From positions 63,817-127,816 of the forward strand of contig JBBDRZ010000007.1 of assembly GCA_040905185.1 (NCBI GenBank): a stretch of 64,000 nucleotides of DNA, written 5' to 3'. The notes beneath the pieces were generated by a model. That model did no database searches. It saw only the letters and a list, made by a program, of their open reading frames with translations, and was not told the origin of the DNA. Positions 57,041-64,000 of the stretch are shown here, one piece after another (positions within the stretch are counted from its first letter, which is position 1; every line of letters begins with the position of its first letter). The stretch is from Chloroflexota bacterium. GTDB lineage: Bacteria > Chloroflexota > Limnocylindria > QHBO01. The position numbers and the translations under genes are program-made.

Positions 57041-58168
57041 CTACCTGCCGAGCCAGGCGGCGTCGGTGAGGATGCGGAGGCCGTCGCTGACCAGGGTATG
57101 GGCGCCGAGCAGGAAAGGTACCGATGCGGCCGCAGTCGCCGTGGTGAGTTCGCGCAGCCACTCGGCGCTGACCGAGGTGGCGTCCGCGAAGTCGGATGCG
57201 AACCGGTCTTCGGGCACTGGCCAAACCGCTGGGTCCGCCGACCCGACGAGGGCGGCCATGATTACGCGGGTGTCGATGATGACCGCGTTGCCCAGGTCCA
57301 TGAGCCGCTCGACGAGGGCCGCGGCTCCCCTCTCTGTGACCCAATCGGCAAGCAGCGACCGGGGGCGGTTGGCAGGTGCTGCCCGCATCCCGCGTTCCTC
57401 GACAAAGAGGCGCACACGGCAGGCGGCCTGCTCTTCCAGGTAGGCGAAGGCGCTGGACGGGACGCGGCCGGCCACAACCAGCTCCGCATTCCGGTTCCTG
57501 AGAACGGCAAGCAAGTCCTCGAGGCGTGGGATTTCCAACGGCCGACCGCCGGGTAACTGCGCGCCATCGAGGAACGCGACAATCGCCGGATCCAGCGTCC
57601 GCGTGCCGGCGATGCGCGTCGCCAAGCGCAACAGGGCGAGATCGAGCGGCGTGTCGACGTCGAATCGCGTCCAAGGGGCGCCAAATAGGTCGCGGATCGT
57701 GAAGTCGGCGGCTTCCAGGGCCCGCGGGGCGCCGTTGTCGGCTCCCAGTCCGGCAAGCACTCCCAACGCGGCCGGCAAGTCGCCGGCCACTACGAACGCG
57801 TCCGAGCTGAACCGGTTGTTGGTGACAACTTCTCCGGCGATCGGGTTCAGCAATGCATCGAGCGCGTCGTCGGGCAGCAAGGCCAGCGCCCCTGCGCCCA
57901 CCCAGCCCAGCGCGTCCACGCGGTCTCCTGCCGCGTCCAGCGCGGCACGCGCCGCCCGGGCGTACCAGCTCCCCCAGTGAAACAGTCCCTCCCCAGACGG
58001 TGGGATGAGCTGCACGGCCGCACCCTGGCGGCCCAGCCGCTGACTGAGCTCCGCGGCCAGCAGATGCCGTCCGGTGGCGAGGACCGCTGCGTACGAGCCG
58101 AACGGTGCCTCGTCGGCGGCAGGCGCCCCCATCAGGACCAGCGGCGCCTGGCGCCGGCCTCCGCTCAT
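57041..58168 (-). CDS. Hypothetical protein with a CofC/nucleotidyltransferase-like central motif
   Basis: VTNNRFSSD and FDVDTPLDL resemble the CofC DxDTxxDL motif; ATGA-coupled to the upstream gene. Confidence 0.6.
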   Translation of the reverse strand: MSGGRRQAPLVLMGAPAADEAPFGSYAAVLATGRHLLAAELSQRLGRQGAAVQLIPPSGEGLFHWGSWYARAARAALDAAGDRVDALGWVGAGALALLPDDALDALLNPIAGEVVTNNRFSSDAFVVAGDLPAALGVLAGLGADNGAPRALEAADFTIRDLFGAPWTRFDVDTPLDLALLRLATRIAGTRTLDPAIVAFLDGAQLPGGRPLEIPRLEDLLAVLRNRNAELVVAGRVPSSAFAYLEEQAACRVRLFVEERGMRAAPANRPRSLLADWVTERGAAALVERLMDLGNAVIIDTRVIMAALVGSADPAVWPVPEDRFASDFADATSVSAEWLRELTTATAAASVPFLLGAHTLVSDGLRILTDAAWLGR

Positions 58169-58773
58169 TCCGCGGTGCGGTCCAGCAGGTCGTGCAGCTG
58201 CTCGAGGTGCATGAGGTCGTGGACGCCGCAGAACAGGAGCCATTCCCCGCAAAGCAGCCGGGTGCCGATCAGTGGATGGTCGAGCGGGCAGGAATCGGTC
58301 TCGTGGCCGGCGATGGCCGCGGCCGACAGGGCCATGGAGCGGCGGCTCTTACCCAGCAGCATGAGCAGCGTCTCGCGGTCGGCATCGGCCGGGCCGGGGA
58401 TGCCCGGGGTCACGACTGGCGGGGGATCCGGCCACTCGCCGCGGGCCGCCATGGCGGCCGCCGCCGCCAGGTAGCGCCGCGACCCGGTGGTGTGGGCGAA
58501 GGCCTGGGACACGTTCCAGTCGCCCTCCCCGCCCGGATCGAGGAGCATCGCGTCGGGCATCTCGGCCAGGATCGCCTCGAGCGCGCCGGCGATTGCTTCC
58601 TGCTCGGCCAGCACACGGGCCGCGCTGCCGGGTCCCGACCGGCGACTCAGCTCAGCGCGGATCGCCGAGTAATCCTTGCTGAAGTCGGCGGGATCGATCA
58701 GCCGCCAGACGGCCACCACGTCCGGCGCTCCGAACTCCAGCTCGTCCACCCAGGCGCGCGGAGACGCGCGCAT
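58165..58773 (-). CDS. DinB/YfiT-like superfamily protein
   Basis: WNVSQAFAH and HDLMHLEQL provide the His triad. Confidence 0.8.
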   Translation of the reverse strand: MRASPRAWVDELEFGAPDVVAVWRLIDPADFSKDYSAIRAELSRRSGPGSAARVLAEQEAIAGALEAILAEMPDAMLLDPGGEGDWNVSQAFAHTTGSRRYLAAAAAMAARGEWPDPPPVVTPGIPGPADADRETLLMLLGKSRRSMALSAAAIAGHETDSCPLDHPLIGTRLLCGEWLLFCGVHDLMHLEQLHDLLDRTAE

Positions 58774-58787
58774 CGGTATCGGTCCTG

Positions 58788-59117
58788 CTAGAGGCGCTCG
58801 AAGCGCTCGACGGGGAGGACGAAGACGGTCGCCCCGCCGACCTCGACCTCGACCGGGTAGGGCATGTAGAACTCGCCCGGCTCCATGATCGGGGGCATGG
58901 GGTTCACGAACTGCTTGCGGGCATGGCAGTTGGCGCTGATGAGGGCCAGCACGGCGTCCACCTGGTCGTCCTCGCACCCGATCAGGATGGTGGCGTTGCC
59001 CTGCTTGAGGAACCCGCCCGACGAGTTCAGCCGGGTGGCGCGGTACTCCTTCTCGAGCAGGGCGTCGACGAGGGCTCCGGCGTCCTCGCTGTGGACGACG
59101 GCGGTGACGAGCTTCAT
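58788..59117 (-). CDS. darA: PII-like cyclic-di-AMP receptor DarA/PstA (DUF970)
   Basis: MKLVTAVVHSEDA..ATRLNSSGGFLKQGNATILIG..VGGATVFVLPVERF; 109 aa; near tmk. Confidence 0.93.
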   Translation of the reverse strand: MKLVTAVVHSEDAGALVDALLEKEYRATRLNSSGGFLKQGNATILIGCEDDQVDAVLALISANCHARKQFVNPMPPIMEPGEFYMPYPVEVEVGGATVFVLPVERFERL

Positions 59118-59188
59118 CGCGGTCTCGTGTGCAGGGGCGGCTAGTATGCCAGACGACCCGCCGCGAAGCCGCATCCTGGAAGGGACCG

Positions 59189-59698
59189 ATGTCCACGCCG
59201 GAACCCGTCCGACACACGATCGAAATCCCGGACCAGGTGGAGTACGGGGCTGACGAACCGGAGTCCGCGCCATCGGCCGCGACCTGGAGCGATGTCGACG
59301 CGCGGCTACGTACTGAGCGCTATTTCTGGCTGGTCGTGATCCGCCCCGATGGACGCCCGCACGCGGTGGCGGTGTGGGGCATCTGGGAGGACGGGTGCCT
59401 GTGGTTCACCATGAGCCCCCGGACGCGAACAGCCCGTCACCTGGCCCGCGATCCACGCGTGTTGGTGCACCTGCCAGACGCGGCAAATGCGGTCGTCCTG
59501 GAAGGGGAGGCACGGCAGGCGGCACCGGCGACGGTCCCGATCAGTGTCATCGACCGGTACGAGGCCGCGTACGGCTGGCGGCTCGACCCTGCCGACCCCC
59601 AGATGCCGTATTTCGCGGTCCGGACGGCGCTGGTCCGAGCCTGGAGCGCGGCTGACGTGCGGGGAACCGCGACCCGCTGGGATCTGCTCAGCGGCTGA
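59189..59698 (+). CDS. Pyridoxamine 5'-phosphate oxidase-like (split beta-barrel) protein
   Basis: YFWLVVIRPDGRPHAVAVWG, RHLARDPRV, VVLEGEA. Confidence 0.82.
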   Translation: MSTPEPVRHTIEIPDQVEYGADEPESAPSAATWSDVDARLRTERYFWLVVIRPDGRPHAVAVWGIWEDGCLWFTMSPRTRTARHLARDPRVLVHLPDAANAVVLEGEARQAAPATVPISVIDRYEAAYGWRLDPADPQMPYFAVRTALVRAWSAADVRGTATRWDLLSG

Positions 59699-60332
59699 AC
59701 AGGGGCTGAACGAGCGCGCGGATGGCTGCGTCCGTGTCGTCGACCGATCCGGAGGCGTCCAGGACCCGGTACCGATCCGGCTCGGCCGCGGCCAGATCGA
59801 GGTAGGTGCGGCGCACGCGCTCGAAGAAGGCGGCGCTCTCCGTGTCTTCGAACCGGTTCCATCGGTCGCGCCGCTTGCGCCCGAGGCCGATCTCGACCGG
59901 CACGTCCAGGAGGATGGTGAGATCCGGCTTCAACCCCCCCGTGGCAAACGCCTGGAGGTCCCGCAGGGCGTCCATGTCGAGGCCGTAGCCGCCACCCTGG
60001 TAGGCCATGGACGAGTCCAGGTAGCGGGCACACACCACCCACTCGCCGCGCTCGAGGGCGGGGAGGATGCGGCGCGCCACGTGCTGGGCGCGGCCGGCGG
60101 CGAACAGGAGCGCATCGGCCTTGGGATCAAGGTCATCGGAGAGCGTCCGGATGTGGAGGAGGAGACGCCGAATCTCCTCGCCGACCGGAGTTCCGCCTGG
60201 TTCGGCGGTCAGGGTCGTCGGCACGCCTCGGGTGCGGAGCCACTCGGCCAGATGGCGGGCGGCGGTGCTCTTGCCGCTGCCTTCGGGACCCTCCAGGGTG
60301 ATGAACACGCCGCGGTTCGCCCCGCGGCTCAT
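59688..60332 (-). CDS. tmk: Thymidylate kinase
   Basis: FITLEGPEGSGKST, EPGGT, ARYLDSSMAYQG, PDLTILLD. Confidence 0.97.
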   Translation of the reverse strand: MSRGANRGVFITLEGPEGSGKSTAARHLAEWLRTRGVPTTLTAEPGGTPVGEEIRRLLLHIRTLSDDLDPKADALLFAAGRAQHVARRILPALERGEWVVCARYLDSSMAYQGGGYGLDMDALRDLQAFATGGLKPDLTILLDVPVEIGLGRKRRDRWNRFEDTESAAFFERVRRTYLDLAAAEPDRYRVLDASGSVDDTDAAIRALVQPLFSR

Positions 60333-60339
60333 CGCGCGT

Positions 60340-62037
60340 TCAGCGCCAGGCGCGCCCCTCGTCGGGGAGGAGCTGAACCCGGCGGTTCGGCTCGCTGCCC
60401 CGCGAGCGGCTCATGAGGTTGTGCTGCTCGGCCATCTGGTGCTGCAGGCGCCGGACGTACGCGTTCTGAGGCGCCAGCTCCATCGATCGGCCGCTCTCCT
60501 GGACCAGGCCGATGGCCTCCGCCGTCTCCCGCAGGGCGGCCTCCTGGGGATTGGCCTCCAGCTCGTACAGGTTGGCGAGCATGGACTCCATCTGGAGCAG
60601 CGTGTTCGTCTTGAGCACGAACAGCGGGGTGCCGCCCGCCTCCGCGTCGCGCAGGGCCGGGGGCTTGCGGCGGTAGTAGGTCCGCAGGGTGATGACCGCA
60701 TCCGATTCCTCCATGTCGCGCGCCACGGTCACCGGAACGCCCAGCTCGCGAACCGCCTGCTCCAGGCGCTTGCGGCTGACTCCATACGGGAACACGGCCA
60801 TGGGCCGCATGCTCGCCACACGCGTTTCGCGCTCGCGGACGGTCGTGGCCTGGGCCACGTCCGAGGAAACGTCTGATGCGAGCATCGCCTCCTCGATCGA
60901 CCCCTGACCCCGCCCACCGGGGAGCGGCTGGAGCCCGGACAGGCCGGTGCGCCGGGTGAACGTGCCGTGCCCGCCAGGCTCAGGAGTCAGGAACATCGAG
61001 CTGTTGGAGGCGGCCTCGTGGATCCGGTAGTCGTACTTGGTCGCGGCGCGCACCTCCCCGGCCTCGTCCCGCCATCGCGACTCGGGCGGCACCATGTGGC
61101 CGCGCAGGATGGCGTCCACCGTCTCGGCCACGCTGCGGTGGACGATGACCCGGTCGCGCTCCACGATCTCGACCACCACGTCGAACGTCGGCGGCGCCTT
61201 GCGCTCCAGCACGCTCTTCTGGGTCCCGCGCCGGCGGGCCTCCTCGTCTCCCAGGGTCACGGTCTGGATCCCGCCGATCAGGTCGGACAGGGTCGGGTTG
61301 AGCATGAGGTTGTCCAGCGTGTTGCCGTGGGCGGTGCCCACCAGCTGGACACCTCGCTCGGCAATGGTCCGGGCCGCGATGGCTTCCAGCTCGGTCCCGA
61401 TCTCGTCGATGACGATGACTTCGGGCATGTGGTTCTCGACCGCCTCGATCATCACCGCGTGCTGCTCGGTGGGGGTCCGGACCTGCATCCGCCGCGCGTC
61501 ACCAATCCCCGGATGCGGGATGTCCCCGTCGCCCGCGATCTCGTTGGAGGTGTCGACCACCACCACCCGCTTGCCCAGGTCGTCGGCCAGGACACGCGCC
61601 ACTTCGCGCAACATGGTCGTCTTGCCGATCCCCGGCCGGCCCAGGATCAGCAGGCTCTGCCCCGCCTCCACGATGTCGCGGATGATGTCGATGGTCCCGA
61701 ACACGGCCCGCCCGATGCGGCAGGTCAGGCCCACCACCTTGCCGGACCGATTCCGGATGGCGCTGATCCGATGCAGGGTGCGCTCGATGCCGGCCCGGTT
61801 GTCGTCGCCGAAGGCACCGATGCGGTCCACGACCCAGCCGATATCGGCCTCGGTGACTTCCCGCTCCAGCAGGAGCTCCTCACCGTGCGTGAAGCGGGCC
61901 TCCGGCCGGCGGCCCAGGTCCAGGACGACCTCCAGCAGGTCGGCCCGCGACCCCAAGCCGCGGACGCGCTCGATGATCTCCGGGGGCAGCGCCTCCAGCA
62001 GGGCCTCGAGGTCGTCGGTGGTTTCGAGTTTCGCCAC
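60340..62037 (-). CDS. Ycf45/SpoIIIAA-like AAA ATPase with C-terminal R3H domain
   Basis: [45 protein letters not shown]; RRLQH R3H motif. Alternative TTG start at 62067. Confidence 0.9.
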   Translation of the reverse strand: MAKLETTDDLEALLEALPPEIIERVRGLGSRADLLEVVLDLGRRPEARFTHGEELLLEREVTEADIGWVVDRIGAFGDDNRAGIERTLHRISAIRNRSGKVVGLTCRIGRAVFGTIDIIRDIVEAGQSLLILGRPGIGKTTMLREVARVLADDLGKRVVVVDTSNEIAGDGDIPHPGIGDARRMQVRTPTEQHAVMIEAVENHMPEVIVIDEIGTELEAIAARTIAERGVQLVGTAHGNTLDNLMLNPTLSDLIGGIQTVTLGDEEARRRGTQKSVLERKAPPTFDVVVEIVERDRVIVHRSVAETVDAILRGHMVPPESRWRDEAGEVRAATKYDYRIHEAASNSSMFLTPEPGGHGTFTRRTGLSGLQPLPGGRGQGSIEEAMLASDVSSDVAQATTVRERETRVASMRPMAVFPYGVSRKRLEQAVRELGVPVTVARDMEESDAVITLRTYYRRKPPALRDAEAGGTPLFVLKTNTLLQMESMLANLYELEANPQEAALRETAEAIGLVQESGRSMELAPQNAYVRRLQHQMAEQHNLMSRSRGSEPNRRVQLLPDEGRAWR

Positions 62038-62063
62038 GCGCTTCTCCGCGCTCCGTTGCCTGC

Positions 62064-63125
62064 TCAATTGACCGCCGGCACCATCGCCGGTTGGCGTGCC
62101 GTGGCCCGCACCTCGCGAACCAGCAGGGTGACTCGCCCCACCGGGGCGAAGGCCGCGTCCGCCCCGGCCTGCAGCCCGGCCGATTCGTATGTTCGCACCG
62201 GAGCCAGGATCCCGGCGGCCAGCGCGTCCGCGGGCAGGCGCCCCAGGACTGCATTGAGCAGCGCGGCCCCGTCGGTTCCGTCGCGGACCAGGAAGCGCAG
62301 GTAGTGCGGCCCCACCCGGCTGGCCCCGTGCTGGGCGAACCCGCCGGCCCGCTGGTCAAGTGGCGCCAGCCAGGCACTGACGGCGGAGAAGTGGAGGATG
62401 GGGTTCAGGCTGGAGCGCGGGACGATGGCCTCGTGGCCCACCGACTCCCAGTCCGCGGCCCGGTAATCCTCCACCCGCGCGATGGCGGGCGGGGTGCAGT
62501 GGCTCCACAGGTCGAACAGGTGCCACGCGTCGGGCGCCCCGGCGGGCTGGAGGGTGATGTCCGCCGCGACCTCTCCCCGCCCGGGCAGCCGATTCCGGAA
62601 GCCGCGGCGCAGCCAGCTCCGCCCGCTGCTCCCCGGCTCCTCGGCCGGGCGGTACAGGATCTCCTCTTGGGCGTAGGCCATGAAGCCGGCCGTCCCGAAC
62701 AGCTGGAGGTTCTCGCGCACGTCGGCGCAGGCCACGTGATAGCGCGCCACATCGCGCTTGGCCCCCTCCGCGATGAGGGCCTCGAGCAGAGCCCAGCGCA
62801 CCTCGCCGGCCATCGGCCCGTCGGCGGCGTCCAGCTCGATGATCACCCAGTCGTCACGGTGCGGCTCGGTGATGGCCCGGCATGAGCCGATCAGCGCCCC
62901 GTCCGATTCGGCCACCAGGTGGACCGACGGCGGGCGCAGCGGGATCCACGACGGGATGAGGGTCGACAGCTTGATGCCGGGACTCCCCGCCGGGGCGGGC
63001 ACGCCCAGGCTGCGCCGATATGCGTCCGACGCGGCGTGGACCTGCCCCGAAAGCTCGGCCAGGGCCTGGCGATCGGTCAGCCGCGCGGCGCGCACCTCGC
63101 CGGCATCGTTGGTCACGCTGGTCAT
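62064..63125 (-). CDS. Hypothetical protein, probable degenerate tandem GNAT fold
   Basis: [27 protein letters not shown]; ATGA-coupled to pdxT. Confidence 0.65.
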   Translation of the reverse strand: MTSVTNDAGEVRAARLTDRQALAELSGQVHAASDAYRRSLGVPAPAGSPGIKLSTLIPSWIPLRPPSVHLVAESDGALIGSCRAITEPHRDDWVIIELDAADGPMAGEVRWALLEALIAEGAKRDVARYHVACADVRENLQLFGTAGFMAYAQEEILYRPAEEPGSSGRSWLRRGFRNRLPGRGEVAADITLQPAGAPDAWHLFDLWSHCTPPAIARVEDYRAADWESVGHEAIVPRSSLNPILHFSAVSAWLAPLDQRAGGFAQHGASRVGPHYLRFLVRDGTDGAALLNAVLGRLPADALAAGILAPVRTYESAGLQAGADAAFAPVGRVTLLVREVRATARQPAMVPAVN

Positions 63126-63727
63126 GCTGGTGTCCCGACCCCGATGAGGTCCACCAGCGCCCGGTGGAAGCGCCGATCCCCGGTCAGCTCGGGATGGAAC
63201 GCGGTGGCCAGCAGGCGGCCCTGGCGCACGGCCACCGTGCGCCCCATCGGATCGGTGGCCAGGACCTCGACCCCAGGTCCCACATCGGTCACCACCGGTG
63301 CGCGGATGAAGACCGCATGGAGTGGCTCGTCCCCCAGGGCCGGGACGGCCAGGTCGGCCTCGAACGAGTCCAGCTGGCGCCCGTACGCGTTGCGCCGGAC
63401 CTCGATGTCGAGCAGCGGCAGAATGGGCTCCTCGCCATCGGTGATCCGGCGGGCCATGAGGATGAGACCCGCGCAGGTGCCCCACATCGGCGCACCCGAA
63501 GCCGCCAGGCTGAGGATCGGCTCGGCCAGGCCGTAGGCGTCGATCAGGCGGCGCATGGCGGTGCTCTCCCCACCGGGCAGGATGAGGGCCTCGACCCCGG
63601 CCAGGTCACGCGGAAGGCGGACCTCCACCGGCTCCGCGCCCACCTCGCGCAGGGCCGCGGCGTGCTCGCGCACGTCCCCCTGCAGCGCCAGGATGCCGAC
63701 CCGCGGCCGGCGCTCTGTGCCTACCAA
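63122..63727 (-). CDS. pdxT: PLP synthase glutaminase subunit PdxT
   Basis: GILALQG, PGGEST, GTCAG, RNAYGRQ, FIRAP, FHPE. Confidence 0.98.
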   Translation of the reverse strand: MVGTERRPRVGILALQGDVREHAAALREVGAEPVEVRLPRDLAGVEALILPGGESTAMRRLIDAYGLAEPILSLAASGAPMWGTCAGLILMARRITDGEEPILPLLDIEVRRNAYGRQLDSFEADLAVPALGDEPLHAVFIRAPVVTDVGPGVEVLATDPMGRTVAVRQGRLLATAFHPELTGDRRFHRALVDLIGVGTPA

Positions 63728-64000
63728 CCCCGGGTGGCCAGCCGCTCCTCGGCAGGGATCTCGGCCAGCTCCAGGCCATGCATCGGCTCACCCAGGCCCG
63801 CGCTGACCTCGGCCAGGATGTCCGGGTTGTCGTAGTGGGTGGTGGCCTTGACGATGGCACGGGCAACCTTCTCGGGGTGCTCGGCCTTGAAGATGCCACT
63901 TCCAACGAAGACCGCTTCCGCGCCCAGCTGGCGCATGAGGGCCGCGTCGGCGGGAGTGGCGACGCCGCCGGCCGAGAAGTTGGGGACCGGCAGCTCGCCC
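63721..64000 (-). CDS. pdxS: PLP synthase lyase subunit PdxS, C-terminal part (truncated by window end)
   Basis: [36 protein letters not shown]...RGW. Confidence 0.97.
   Translation of the reverse strand, partial: GELPVPNFSAGGVATPADAALMRQLGAEAVFVGSGIFKAEHPEKVARAIVKATTHYDNPDILAEVSAGLGEPMHGLELAEIPAEERLATRGW

Overview
A GC-rich (roughly 70%) bacterial chromosome segment containing the replication origin. Gene content and order suggest a Chloroflexota-like, probably monoderm organism; this is inference, not a database result. From left to right it holds: secA (3' part), a small Cys-rich ORF, prfB with a +1 frameshift, ftsEX, an S41 protease, smpB and tmRNA. Next come the jag-yidC-yidD-rnpA-rpmH / dnaA-oriC-dnaN-recF-dciA block, a protein-glycosylation locus (GT2 plus a very large double GT-C fusion) and pspC/LiaF-like genes. 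A TetR gene with a PEP-utiliser/rifampin-phosphotransferase-like kinase follows, then an ABC exporter with two GNATs behind a leader-peptide attenuator. After that are an ArsR-pgsA-ino1-2x acyltransferase-PHP-pimA phosphatidylinositol-mannoside-type operon, a degenerate ABC pair, a Ser-substituted sortase, a complex I (nuo) operon, and darA, tmk, an AAA-R3H gene and pdxT/pdxS. The most striking feature is the complex I operon. NuoI appears split: its N-half is fused to a degenerate NuoE, and its C-half to a NuoG-N/GltD-like NADPH flavoprotein, with a degenerate NuoF between them. This suggests an NADPH-fed complex I with Fe-S clusters bridging two polypeptides. Three nuo genes appear to start at CTG. 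The second highlight is the PIM-like operon, which supplies candidates for two steps that, to my knowledge, are unassigned in mycobacteria. No CRISPR array, rRNA, canonical tRNA or intact mobile element was seen.
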